DNA of 64,000 bases from Candidatus Nanoarchaeia archaeon. GTDB lineage: Archaea > Nanobdellota > Nanobdellia > Woesearchaeales > ARS49. The stretch is taken from assembly GCA_041489925.1 (NCBI GenBank), contig JBGPSD010000002.1, positions 55,449 to 119,448 of the forward strand, read 5' to 3'. Positions 25,506 through 35,710 of this stretch are shown piece by piece. The translations under genes and the position numbers were made by a program. Position 1 is the first letter of the stretch; every line of letters starts with the position of its first letter. Below the pieces are notes generated by a model. That model had not been told where the DNA came from and did not search any database. It was given only the letters and a program-made list of their open reading frames with translations.

Positions 25506-28500
25506 TTAAGTTGTGGCGGTGCCTGTTGGGCAACATCTCTGGCCGTTCGTGCAGTCTGTTGGACCTAAATCTTCAATTGGGCAAGTATCTTGGCAGGTCC
25601 CGTATCCTTTACACGTTGTCGTTCCTGCTGGTGTCGAGCTCTTCACCTGATTTATCGTTGCAGTGTACATGCTCTGTGCTTCTTTGAGCTTTGCCGTGAC
25701 ATTGAGTATCTTTTCGTTTGCAAGATCAACGTCAAATTGGCTGCTTTTGTTCATGTCAATCATTGTTTGCTTTACTCCGCCGACATAGTTGCTGACTGCC
25801 TGCATTGCTGTTTGCGCGTCTGTAAACATTGCTTTGTTTGCAGGGTCTGAAAGCATCCCTATCTGGCGGCTGAATTCTGTTATTGCAGCATCATTGCCTG
25901 TCTTGAGAGCGTCCATCTGGACAATGTAGCCGCTGACACGCGCTGCAACTTTTGTCCTGTCGCCTGATTCTGACGCGGGTATTTCAACAAGCCGTTCATT
26001 ATAATTGTTAATAGTTTTAACCTGCATTTCAAGGAAGTAAGCCAGCGATGGAAGCAAAGTAGTATCTTTTGCGCTGATAACAACAGGCTTCTTGCAGCAG
26101 GTGCTTGGGCAGTCAGATGAGCCTGTAATGACGCCTTCCTTGCAGTCGCTCTGCTTTTCCTTGCATTCGCCATTCAGGTCTGCGCAGGCTTTCTTTACCT
26201 GCGCCGGAGTTGTGCACTGCACCTTGAAGTTCACAGATGTTTGCTGCTGCGCCCCATTTTCAGGGTCTGTGCTGACCTGGTTTGTGGGATTGCCCTGCCT
26301 GTCTGCGTCATAGATTGTGAATAGCGCGGTCCAGGTAACAGGTGTGTTTGGATTGCATGCCTGCGTTGCTGCTGCAGCGGATTTTGGCGGCGCGTAAGTC
26401 ACAAGCACCTGCAGTGCCTGAACCTGGAACACCATCCTGTCAAACTCAATTACTCCTGCGACATCATTCCTTCCTGACTTGAATGTGAATGGCGCTGTGT
26501 TTTTCAGCTGGCCAGCTGTCTGCTTGCCCGAGTATATCGGGGTGCTGCCGACTTTAAAGCTAAGCCAGCCGTCTCTTGCGTTTGGCTCGGGGTTTGTGGC
26601 TGCAGGGTTTATCTGCCAAATCTCATAGGTTGATTCTGCAGGGTTTGCACCGTAATTGGGGAAGTTGATGAGGAACTTGTATGTGCCTTGCGATAGTGCT
26701 CCGCCTTCCATCAGGGTCATTGTTGTGACATACGGCTTCAAGGTGTCAACTCCCCAGGTCCTTTGCTGGATTCCTGTCCTTGAAGGCCCTGTTGCCGAAT
26801 GCCTCTTTATAGTGTCCTCGTTGACCTCGAATTTGGCAAGCGGAGAGAAGTCAGTCTCTCCATTAGGCACTGTAAACCTGAAAACTCCGTTAGTGCTGAG
26901 TGTGTATTTCTGGCTCGTGTCTTCGTTTGATGTCTGCAATGGCATCTGCCTTTCATCTGTGAGCAGCCCGTCAACAACATTGCCTGCTGCGTCCTTTATC
27001 TGGTATGTGAGGAACTTCTTTCCAATATTCTGCGACCTCCTGTCTTCAGGGTATGCCTGCTGGAGCTCAAGGCTGAATTTGAGCGGGTCTTTGAGTGCGA
27101 AAACATCCTGCTTTTCAGGATAGACTGGATTTGCGGTCCGTATCCTGATTCCGTTTTCCTGCTCGCCGAACATGCACCTGAACTTTCCGCTGAACGCTTC
27201 AAGCGCGCAGAATGCAGGCGCCTGGCCGCTCAGTGTCTCGCGGATTGAGCAGTCCACCTGGCCTGTGCGCGACTGCCTTGTTGTTGAGTCTGTCCAGTCC
27301 CATGAAAGCACAGCAGTGTCATATCTGTAGCCTGCTGAGTCATAAGCTGTCTGCGGGCTTACAACAAATGGTGAGTCAAAGTTGACCATATCATACTTCT
27401 TTGCCATTCCGTTGCCAAGCTCTGGAGTGCTGACAGGCAGTTCCTGTGTCTTTGCCTGGCAGTCGCACTTGCCGTCAGGGTTTGTCCTTGGGTCGCAGCT
27501 GAATCCAGCGCTGCATTTGAGTGTGAGCCTGTATCTTACGTCCGCGCCTGCAATCAGTCCGCCTGCAATCCTGTATGCCCAGGTTGTGAGTCCTGTCGGG
27601 CTTGTTGTCGGGTCATAGCTGATGAATGTGCGCTCGCAGGTTGTCAATGCCCCTTCTGTGTCAAGCGGGATTTCATTTACCTGCTGCTGGAACAATCCCT
27701 GCATGTTAAGGTCCCATGTGCCTGTGAATGCCCAGATGCAGATTGCGTGGACAAGCTTTCTCTCGCTGAATAGTGATTGGAATGGTCCTGCTGAGCCATA
27801 GCGCTCAGTTACGCTCCTGCTTACTGCTGTTCCTGCGCCTGTGAGCGATCCAAGGACGCTTCCAAAGCCGCCTCCTGCATCCACGCGGCCGCCCACTCCT
27901 GGCGAGTTGAACTTCTGTGTTATGCATGAGATTGCCTCAAATAGCAGGTCGCAGATTGTTCCTGAAAGCTTTGCTGCGCAGAAGCCCTCGCTTCCTTCTC
28001 CTGTCAGTAATATTCTTTGGAAGCAGCCGTAAAACGCGCCAAGCACTGAGCGCCACATTTGCAGGTATCCAACGATTGCAGGCAGGCAGACGCATTCAAT
28101 GCTTCTCAAAAGCCCTGAAGTCGGCCTGACAATATACTGTTGTTCAGACACTCCCACGATTTCATTCACTGAGTTGTATGCTGCCCTTATGTTGCCGTCT
28201 TTCTGGCAGGGGTCAATTCCGTAGCCTGATTTTGTTTTTCCGAGGCACAGTGCAGTGTGCAGGCATTCAACACCGGTGTCTTCTGTTGATTTCTCAGTTG
28301 TCTTTGTTTTTGAAGCGCCTGTTGCAGGTGTTTGCCCAAAGCAGTTCGAGACATCTGTTTCCAGAACCGCAGTAAGCCCTTGTGACAGCCTTAACTGCTG
28401 GTCCTTGTTGACTCCTGCCTCTGTCACTGTCATCTTCTCAAATTGAGGAGTCCTTGCGGCATAGCCTGCATACACTTTGTATTGCCTTTCTGCTGCGCCT

Positions 28501-31460
28501 GTTGGCGATGTAGGTGCCAGGCCTGATGGGATTGCGAAAAGGAACACGTCATTGTTGTCAGCGCCAGGTCTTGCAGGCGTGGGACCTTTCCAGTATGCCT
28601 CAAGCCTGACAGTCCGTGGTGTTGGCTCTCCTGCATTGCTTTCACAGAAGCCTGCAACAGAATTCCACAGCACATTGCAGCCCAAGCCGCTTGTATCAGC
28701 GTTTGCCTGCTGTGCTGACAGGCAGGTGCTTTGCTTCAGTTCGTCAAATGTGTCAAGGCTTCCGCCCATTGCTGTTCCAGGACCGCACGCAGAGCTCCAG
28801 TCCTTCTGGTACTGGATGCCGCAGCAGTTCGGGTGCGCAGGGTGGAGCATTTTCTTGCAGTCATCTGGCTTTGGTCCATTGGGGAATGTCTTCGGAGCGT
28901 CTTTTCCTTTTGCAATGTTGTATATTTCAAGTATGCCCACCCTGTTGAACGTCAGCGATGATGTCTTCGGTGAAACAAATTGTCCTTGCTCTTCAGTTAT
29001 GCGCTTTGCAGTCTCAATATCCTGTGCAGTGCTGACCGTTGCAGTGTACTTGCCGCCTCCATACGTCGGCGTTATGAAATTAAAGTCTGAATATGTGAAT
29101 GCGCAGTCATTGCCTGAGTAAATCAGCCCTCCGCCCTGTGTTCCGCCTGCTCCGCCCACCTGCCATTTTGCAAGCTCAGGGTTGCTGGTGATCATACTGG
29201 GTTCAATTTCAAGCGGTTCTGCCTTGCCAGTCTGCTGCTTGATGTAGTATGTGAGTGTTGGCGCGCTTGGACAGCCAATGCGGTCGCAGAGACCGTGCAT
29301 CACATCCATCTCAAACTTCTTCCTTGATTCCATCTTGCTCTGACAGGCATAGCACTTTTTCTGCTTGTCCTGGTCATTGTTGCCGCTGTAAACTTCCTTG
29401 CACAGCCCTGCGTCTGCAACTGCCTTGCTCCAGGTTCCGCCTGTGACAACAGACAGTGCCTGGCTTCCCTCGCAGGCCATCTGCTCTGTGAAGAATTGGA
29501 AATACATCCAGACAGTGCTCGCGAGGCAGCCGTAAAGCACGTATTCGCTGATTGTTGTCAGCGGCTTGAGCACCTTGTCAATGTAGCTGATTACCCTGCC
29601 AATCACTTTCACCGCAGCCTTTAGCAGCCCTTTTGGAATTATGTCTGTGGGAATTGTCATGTCTATCGCGACTTCAACAGGCATGCACACTTTTTGCACG
29701 CGCTTCTCAATCTTTGGCGTGACAATCGGCCTGCTCGGGTCAGTGGGCGCAATAACAATGCTTTGCTGGAATGTGATTTCCATCTGTAGGAATATCTTGG
29801 CGCATCCAACACCTGGCACAAGGCATTCTCCCTTGCGGTGGTCTGACAGCGCCCTTTCTTTCTCATTAGGCCCTGCATTTGGATTTTCAGGCAGGGGGTC
29901 AACGTTTTCAAACTGTATCTGGACATATCCTGTGTAGTTCTTTGTGGTCTTTTTTCCTGCGTAATTGCTTACCTGCACCCAGTTGTGGTCAAACTCTTTC
30001 TCAGCTCCTGGCGCGAGCAGTATTGGGCGCACTGTGACAATTGGAGGCGCGGTTGTGGGCTCTCTGCCGATGTAATTGAGTGTGAACGGTATTCCTATCT
30101 GCTGGACTCCCTGTATCATCAGGCGCGGCAGCAAAATGCTTGGCATTGCCTCTCCCACATTTGCCTCCCAGTATGTTCCTGAGCCGCAAAGCAGGAAGTC
30201 AACGTCAGTCGGTCCAAAGCTTGCCTTGTTGCCTGCGAGGTCAACTGCTTCAAGCCTTATCTTGTTTGCCCAGCCCTCTCCAGCCTCAATACTTGTTCTT
30301 GTCGTCCCTTTCTTTATCCTGATTGTTGCCCTTAGCTTGGTCTTTATTGAGAATGAGCCGTCAGCTTCTGTAACCTCGTACTCTGCAGGCTTTGCCTCGT
30401 CATTGATGTAAACAAACACTGTTGCCTGCTCGTCAAGTTTGCCCTTGATTGTGATGTCAGGGATGTATGACGGGCTGAGCTTGTCAAGGTTTGTCTCGAG
30501 GAACTTTGGCCCTGCATTGTCCATCTTTACTGTCTGCTTGATTATTTCCTGGTTTCCTGCCGCATCCTCAAAGATGAGTTCAACATCATTCAGCCCCTGC
30601 GCGAGAGGCAGGGTAATTGAGAACGGACTTCCTGCAGTTGTTGTCTGATAAGGAGTCTCACAGCTCATGTTGATTTCTGGCGGGGCAGCTGATGAAGCAT
30701 TTGCTCCGCCTTTTGTTGTGGCGACTGCGAGGTCTGCGGAAGTTCCGATATTGCAGCTTGTGTCAACTGGCGCAATGCCGTAGCTGTAAGTGACCCCTGA
30801 CTGAAGGTTGATGTCATTATAGCTGGGCAGTGATGATGTTGCAATGCGCCTTCCATTGCGCTTGACAAGGTATTCTTTCAAGTCAGTTGCCGTGCTCGGG
30901 TCCCACACCAGCTCAATTGAATTCTCTGCAATCTTGTTTGCCTTGAGCCCTGCCAGGATGTCAGGCGGTGTTGTGTCTGTCTTCTGGACAACCCTGTATT
31001 TTATCGTGACTTTTTCATTGACATCCCCTGAGATTGTGATGCTGCTTTCCCTTGTTGCTGCAGGGATTTCAGTCGCGAGCTTCACTGCAGGCGGGATTGA
31101 GTCATACAGGACTTTGAATTCCTTTGCTGTCCCTCCTGTGTTGCCTTCAAATGCCTGCAGCTTGACTGTGTTTTCTCCCTGGCTCAGCCCAATGCTTGCG
31201 AATTTGAACTTTCCATCTGAGCCTGCAGGACCAACCCTTGTCCTTACTTCATTGACGAAAACCTGGACACTTGCTGCTGGCTTTGTCCTTCCCTCTATTG
31301 TTATTGTTCCGCTGCGGGAGAATGCAGGCAGGCTTGCTTCAATGTCAAGCGTGCCCATTGGCGCTGAGCCTTCAACAACCCGGCCTGTGAACATGTTGGC
31401 TGTCGCTACCGGAAGCATCACCATGAGCATTGCCAGGGTGATGGACAGGAGCTTATTCAA
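25506..31460 (-). CDS. giant secreted surface protein (1984 aa) with a fibronectin-III-like domain and Cys-rich modules
   Basis: Sec signal peptide MNKLLSITLAMLMVMLPVATA; FN3-like ENSIELVWDPSTATDLKEYLV; many CxxC/Cys-knot-like stretches; C-terminal region similar to the 1036-aa protein. Confidence 0.7.
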   Translation of the reverse strand: MNKLLSITLAMLMVMLPVATANMFTGRVVEGSAPMGTLDIEASLPAFSRSGTITIEGRTKPAASVQVFVNEVRTRVGPAGSDGKFKFASIGLSQGENTVKLQAFEGNTGGTAKEFKVLYDSIPPAVKLATEIPAATRESSITISGDVNEKVTIKYRVVQKTDTTPPDILAGLKANKIAENSIELVWDPSTATDLKEYLVKRNGRRIATSSLPSYNDINLQSGVTYSYGIAPVDTSCNIGTSADLAVATTKGGANASSAAPPEINMSCETPYQTTTAGSPFSITLPLAQGLNDVELIFEDAAGNQEIIKQTVKMDNAGPKFLETNLDKLSPSYIPDITIKGKLDEQATVFVYINDEAKPAEYEVTEADGSFSIKTKLRATIRIKKGTTRTSIEAGEGWANKIRLEAVDLAGNKASFGPTDVDFLLCGSGTYWEANVGEAMPSILLPRLMIQGVQQIGIPFTLNYIGREPTTAPPIVTVRPILLAPGAEKEFDHNWVQVSNYAGKKTTKNYTGYVQIQFENVDPLPENPNAGPNEKERALSDHRKGECLVPGVGCAKIFLQMEITFQQSIVIAPTDPSRPIVTPKIEKRVQKVCMPVEVAIDMTIPTDIIPKGLLKAAVKVIGRVISYIDKVLKPLTTISEYVLYGCLASTVWMYFQFFTEQMACEGSQALSVVTGGTWSKAVADAGLCKEVYSGNNDQDKQKKCYACQSKMESRKKFEMDVMHGLCDRIGCPSAPTLTYYIKQQTGKAEPLEIEPSMITSNPELAKWQVGGAGGTQGGGLIYSGNDCAFTYSDFNFITPTYGGGKYTATVSTAQDIETAKRITEEQGQFVSPKTSSLTFNRVGILEIYNIAKGKDAPKTFPNGPKPDDCKKMLHPAHPNCCGIQYQKDWSSACGPGTAMGGSLDTFDELKQSTCLSAQQANADTSGLGCNVLWNSVAGFCESNAGEPTPRTVRLEAYWKGPTPARPGADNNDVFLFAIPSGLAPTSPTGAAERQYKVYAGYAARTPQFEKMTVTEAGVNKDQQLRLSQGLTAVLETDVSNCFGQTPATGASKTKTTEKSTEDTGVECLHTALCLGKTKSGYGIDPCQKDGNIRAAYNSVNEIVGVSEQQYIVRPTSGLLRSIECVCLPAIVGYLQMWRSVLGAFYGCFQRILLTGEGSEGFCAAKLSGTICDLLFEAISCITQKFNSPGVGGRVDAGGGFGSVLGSLTGAGTAVSRSVTERYGSAGPFQSLFSERKLVHAICIWAFTGTWDLNMQGLFQQQVNEIPLDTEGALTTCERTFISYDPTTSPTGLTTWAYRIAGGLIAGADVRYRLTLKCSAGFSCDPRTNPDGKCDCQAKTQELPVSTPELGNGMAKKYDMVNFDSPFVVSPQTAYDSAGYRYDTAVLSWDWTDSTTRQSRTGQVDCSIRETLSGQAPAFCALEAFSGKFRCMFGEQENGIRIRTANPVYPEKQDVFALKDPLKFSLELQQAYPEDRRSQNIGKKFLTYQIKDAAGNVVDGLLTDERQMPLQTSNEDTSQKYTLSTNGVFRFTVPNGETDFSPLAKFEVNEDTIKRHSATGPSRTGIQQRTWGVDTLKPYVTTMTLMEGGALSQGTYKFLINFPNYGANPAESTYEIWQINPAATNPEPNARDGWLSFKVGSTPIYSGKQTAGQLKNTAPFTFKSGRNDVAGVIEFDRMVFQVQALQVLVTYAPPKSAAAATQACNPNTPVTWTALFTIYDADRQGNPTNQVSTDPENGAQQQTSVNFKVQCTTPAQVKKACADLNGECKEKQSDCKEGVITGSSDCPSTCCKKPVVISAKDTTLLPSLAYFLEMQVKTINNYNERLVEIPASESGDRTKVAARVSGYIVQMDALKTGNDAAITEFSRQIGMLSDPANKAMFTDAQTAMQAVSNYVGGVKQTMIDMNKSSQFDVDLANEKILNVTAKLKEAQSMYTATINQVKSSTPAGTTTCKGYGTCQDTCPIEDLGPTDCTNGQRCCPTGTATT

Positions 31461-33432
31461 ATTCCGGCTGAAGTGTTTCGCGATATTCTCCCTCCATTAC
31501 ATATGACATCATCTTGAGCTTTTGGTCATCTGTGATTGACAATGGCAGGTATTGCACAAGCGGGATAACTGCTGTTGTCTTTCCTGCGATTGTGTCATAA
31601 GGTATCTTGTATGTCTGGACATTGTATCCGCCAACCTGGTTGTCGCGCAGGAACAGCATTGCGTCAATGTCATAATAAGACGTGTCCTGCACGATCTGGA
31701 ATGACTCATTTGTTGTGGGGAAGCCGACAAACTGGTCAAATGTCCTGTTGACAAGGCTTACCTGCACTGAGACGCGCTCATTCTCTGTCAGCGGCCTTGG
31801 TGTTCCCCATGTGTCTGTCTCGCCGTGGTACGGGTGGACAATGTACTTGAGCTGCATGTCCTGCAGTTTTTTCATCGGTATGTCAATCCTGTCAGTGAGC
31901 ATCTGCATTGTGGTTTCAAGGTATCCTTCCTTTTTCGCTGTTATGAACGGGTTTGTGCATCCCCTTGGCAGGTATGTTGCAAGCGCGTACACTCCCTCTT
32001 CTGCCATTGTGCTTCCGAGCTCGCATTCCTGGTCAAAGCACTTGTATGTTATCTGGACATCAGGCATTTCCATCATTATGCCTGTCCCTTCCACAACACC
32101 GAGCGCCCTGATGTCCGCAGGCTTGTCGCCGAATGTTGTGCAGAAGTCAGGCGCTCCAAAGTCCATTGTCTGGAACCTTCTCAGCCCAAATGCAACTCTT
32201 TCAGGCATGTTATGGTTGATTAGCACAGGGAACGCGAACTGGAAAACATATCCCTGCCCATTGAACGCAGTGTCATCCCTTACTGATGCCTTGACGTAAT
32301 AAATTACGTCATAGGTGAAGTGCCACTGGTTTATGCACAGGAAGCGCAGGAACTTGCCAACTCCCTTTCCTGAGTTTGATTTCAATTGCGGGCCGTCGCT
32401 TGGCTGCGCATTTATCTGCATTCCCCACGCAGGCTGGTATTCAAAGCCCACCTTCAGGTCAGTCGGCTTGGCGCCAACGTCATAGAAGAACTTGAAGTAC
32501 TGGTATGCGTCATCAGGTGCCTCTGTCTTTGGCGGTGTTATTTCCTGTCCTTGCTCAAGCTCTTTTGTCATACGCAAATAATCCTTGTGCAAAGTTTCGT
32601 ATGTGCTTTGGCTTGCTGTGAACGGGAAAAAGTTCGTGTTCTTGATTCTTGTTGTCGGAATGTTATAGTATAACAGCTGTTCAAGCCTGCTCTGCACGTC
32701 TGTGATGCGCCAGTGCTTTGTTCCGCACTCAATTGTCAATCCGTCCAGCGGGATGTTTTCGCTGTCTGCAGCCATGAGGTCAATCGTGGCATTTTCAAAG
32801 TATGTGAACTCGTTTTCCTTTGCCATTGTTGCATTGGCAAGCTCCCACATCTGCTTCAGGCGCACAGGCATCCTGAATACAAAGTCCTTGATTCGCTTTG
32901 TGCCTTCTGTGCCACCAAAGGAGAGCGCCAATGGCCAGGAGATTCTCAAAATCACACTGTCATCTGCTATCATTGTTGTTGTGCTGACATTGCCTTCCTC
33001 GGTTATACTCATCCTGTCCTTGAAAGGCTCAAAGCTTCCTGCGCAGTCCTTTAATCCTGAGTTGATGTGCCTTGAGATTTCCCTTTCCATGAAGCCAAGG
33101 CTTGGAGTCCTGTCCTCGCCTTCGTAATACCACAAAGGCACCTTGAAGTAATTTTCAGAGTCTATCGGGATGTATGCAGTCGGCGTGCGCTCAATTATTC
33201 CAGGCAGCTGTATGAATCCTCCCTGCAGTCCTAACAATCCAATTCCTTCCATCGCAAGGCTATTGACACAGCTCTGGACATAGTCATACACAGGCTTGAC
33301 ATCCTCAGGGACAATCACTTCTTCCTCAATCGGCTTGACAGCCCTTTCAGTGGTCAGGTAAACAACTATTCCAACGCTGACAAGCAGTATCAGCCCTATT
33401 ATTATGAACAGTGTTATCTGCCCTCTTTTCAT
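31453..33432 (-). CDS. large pilin-like protein with a class III signal peptide (659 aa), module 2
   Basis: MKRGQITLFIIIGLILLVSVGIVVY: KRG then Q at +1, the EppA-type pilin signature; paralog of 38768..40927. Confidence 0.65.
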   Translation of the reverse strand: MKRGQITLFIIIGLILLVSVGIVVYLTTERAVKPIEEEVIVPEDVKPVYDYVQSCVNSLAMEGIGLLGLQGGFIQLPGIIERTPTAYIPIDSENYFKVPLWYYEGEDRTPSLGFMEREISRHINSGLKDCAGSFEPFKDRMSITEEGNVSTTTMIADDSVILRISWPLALSFGGTEGTKRIKDFVFRMPVRLKQMWELANATMAKENEFTYFENATIDLMAADSENIPLDGLTIECGTKHWRITDVQSRLEQLLYYNIPTTRIKNTNFFPFTASQSTYETLHKDYLRMTKELEQGQEITPPKTEAPDDAYQYFKFFYDVGAKPTDLKVGFEYQPAWGMQINAQPSDGPQLKSNSGKGVGKFLRFLCINQWHFTYDVIYYVKASVRDDTAFNGQGYVFQFAFPVLINHNMPERVAFGLRRFQTMDFGAPDFCTTFGDKPADIRALGVVEGTGIMMEMPDVQITYKCFDQECELGSTMAEEGVYALATYLPRGCTNPFITAKKEGYLETTMQMLTDRIDIPMKKLQDMQLKYIVHPYHGETDTWGTPRPLTENERVSVQVSLVNRTFDQFVGFPTTNESFQIVQDTSYYDIDAMLFLRDNQVGGYNVQTYKIPYDTIAGKTTAVIPLVQYLPLSITDDQKLKMMSYVMEGEYRETLQPEFE

Positions 33433-34310
33433 GCTATTTTCCTCAATATATTTCTCATATATATTCTATACCATGCCATGAATGCGAAAAAGATTATGAA
33501 TGCAGTTGCAAGCATCAGGTTTCCTGAAACTATAAGCAATACCTGGCTTAACAGCACATAGACAATAAAAATATAGCAGTATGGAATCACAAATGCCTTG
33601 AACTTTCCTATGCCTGTGCTGAATGCCTCTGCCATTGCCTTTCCAAATGCGCGGTTCTTTGTGTAAGAATAATGCAGTGCTGCTGTGAGATGGGTGTAAA
33701 GCAGCATCATCGCGATGAAAACATAAGCAGCGGGTTTTGTGCTCATTGATACCACGAAAAACATTCCGAGCACAATCCACGCAGTGCACCAGGCAAGGTT
33801 GAGCAGGCTGAATCTCGCAAAGAACGGCAAGTGCACAGGCTTGTTAAGCAAAGTGAGCCAGATGAACCCTCTTGAGATGGTGTATGCGACGAGTATCAGC
33901 AGCCAGAATGCAATTAATACGATTATTGCCTTTGTGAAAAACGCGCCAAGTATGTTGTTATACATCTCAAGGTTTTCAGCGCCCAGCTTTGCGCCTGCTG
34001 CGACAGGGATTTGGCTCAGCGGCTGCACAACAGCCATAAGCACGCGGTACAATGCGTATCCTAACAGCGCGATTGCAACGCAGAACACTGCGTCATAGAA
34101 CATCACCCATGCAAATTCTGTTTTCAGCTTGAATGTTTCCAGCAAATTCTTGAATTGCTTTTTCGAATGTTCCTTTGGCGCGAGCAAAAGGATTAATCCA
34201 ATGATTGCGAGCAATGCTATCTGCGCAAATCCTGTTTTTTTGTAAATCAGGATTCCTGCGATTATTAAAATTAGTCCGATTATCCGCGGTATTGTTACCA
34301 GCTGTTTCAT
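33429..34310 (-). CDS. polytopic membrane protein (module 1)
   Basis: Eight or nine TM helices; 4-nt overlaps on both sides. Confidence 0.55.
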   Translation of the reverse strand: MKQLVTIPRIIGLILIIAGILIYKKTGFAQIALLAIIGLILLLAPKEHSKKQFKNLLETFKLKTEFAWVMFYDAVFCVAIALLGYALYRVLMAVVQPLSQIPVAAGAKLGAENLEMYNNILGAFFTKAIIVLIAFWLLILVAYTISRGFIWLTLLNKPVHLPFFARFSLLNLAWCTAWIVLGMFFVVSMSTKPAAYVFIAMMLLYTHLTAALHYSYTKNRAFGKAMAEAFSTGIGKFKAFVIPYCYIFIVYVLLSQVLLIVSGNLMLATAFIIFFAFMAWYRIYMRNILRKIA

Positions 34311-35710
34311 ATGCTTGCCCCTGGTGTTGTTGGTGCTGCAGGCGTTGTTGCTCCTGGCTGTGCGGCAGTTTCAGTTCCTGTTGTGACAGCGTATGGCATT
34401 GTCGCTGCCCCTGCATATTGCGTTATTGAATTGCAGATGCTTCCTGTCCTCCTGCCGCCAAAGGCTTCAAGGCTTGGGCTGAATGAGAGGCAGACTGATG
34501 TGTAATCAGTCGGGGATAGTTTCATCAGCGCAGACGCTCCGACTGCTGCGAAAGTGTTTCCTTCGCCAATCTCCTGGTCTGCTGCCCACCAGGCTGCCTT
34601 TTTTTCTGCTGACTGGAAGTAAACATTGATTTTTAGTGTTTCATCGAGCGGGTTTGTGACAGAGAACGTGACTTTGTAAACCCATGATGTCTGGCTCGGA
34701 GTCACAATCGGCAATGAGCGCTCCCCTTCAATGTGCGCCGCAACCGCTGGCAAACCACCGACAGGCGCAGTGAAAAGCACGCCATCCTGCGGCGGGGTTA
34801 TTTCGGTGTAAATGCCGCAAACTGTTGAAGTCCAGCAATCGCGCGAAAGCGGCAAATATCCAAGAACCTTATTGCAGAAAATATCATTGACCCTGTTCCT
34901 CCAGTTTGCGAGGAATTCCTTGTCAAATATCAGCGAAGAATATCCCTGCAGTCCTGAATAAATACGGTAGGATTGGACGAAGTTGCCAAGCCTGTCGCCC
35001 CAGCTGTATTCTACAGTGCCTGTTGCAGACTCTTCTGCTGCTTGCTGCATGTCACGCCAGGTTTCAGCGTCGCTGTCTTGGAGTTGCTTAATCTGCGCCT
35101 CTGTGAGCTCCACTGGCTCGCCCATTTCATCCGTTGTCAGGTAAGTAAACTGGTTATTTCCGTTATAAATTATGCGCACATTGTTGATATCAAGCTGTGC
35201 TGCTCCTTGACCTCCGGCACCGCCTGCTGCTCCAACGGCTGCTGGAACTTCTCCTGGTGCCGGTGCTCCCTCTCCTGCTTCAGTAACTTGTTGTGACGGT
35301 GTTACTTCTTCTCCTGGTGCCTGTGCTCCTTCTTCCTTTAACAGTGCGGCATTACTGCTTTCGATATTTTCTCTAGTGGCGATTTGTGCAGGTTGAGAAA
35401 CAGTGGGTAAAACTATTTCATCAGGCAACTGCATTCCTGACCTCACTTGCACATATCGCCCAACTATTTCTGGGGGCAATTTCGTAATCTCTTCCTGGGC
35501 AAGTACTCTGCCTTGTTCTCCGGGTGGCGCGTAATATATCGCAGTTGATGCATAATCGCCTTCTGTTTGTGTGATTTTGATATATCTTGTATCAATATTG
35601 TCTGCCGCAACCACCGCGCTCGCGCTAACCAAAATCAGCATGATTGCAATTATTGCGAGTTTACGCATTTGTTTCACTCTCGTAATCGTCAACTGCGTCT
35701 TCGAAGTCAT
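34307..35710 (-). CDS. secreted protein (467 aa) with an Ala/Gly/Pro-rich linker
   Basis: Signal peptide MRKLAIIAIMLILVSASAVVAADN; low-complexity APGEEVTPSQQVTEAGEGAPAPGEVPAAVGAAGGAGGQGAA. Confidence 0.55.
   Translation of the reverse strand: MTSKTQLTITRVKQMRKLAIIAIMLILVSASAVVAADNIDTRYIKITQTEGDYASTAIYYAPPGEQGRVLAQEEITKLPPEIVGRYVQVRSGMQLPDEIVLPTVSQPAQIATRENIESSNAALLKEEGAQAPGEEVTPSQQVTEAGEGAPAPGEVPAAVGAAGGAGGQGAAQLDINNVRIIYNGNNQFTYLTTDEMGEPVELTEAQIKQLQDSDAETWRDMQQAAEESATGTVEYSWGDRLGNFVQSYRIYSGLQGYSSLIFDKEFLANWRNRVNDIFCNKVLGYLPLSRDCWTSTVCGIYTEITPPQDGVLFTAPVGGLPAVAAHIEGERSLPIVTPSQTSWVYKVTFSVTNPLDETLKINVYFQSAEKKAAWWAADQEIGEGNTFAAVGASALMKLSPTDYTSVCLSFSPSLEAFGGRRTGSICNSITQYAGAATMPYAVTTGTETAAQPGATTPAAPTTPGASI

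Noticed and set aside
25590-31506. Numerous 60-220-aa ORFs on the plus strand inside the giant gene (for example 26656..27123, 28477..29121, 30844..31506)
   Set aside because: Antisense to a continuous 1984-codon ORF with a signal peptide and domain structure; these are shadow ORFs
34311-34505. Plus-strand 64-aa ORF rich in Ala/Val/Gly, and other small ORFs antisense in the 34.3-38.8 kb region
   Set aside because: Antisense to cluster genes; composition reflects the complement of Ala/Gly/Pro-rich linkers in the real proteins
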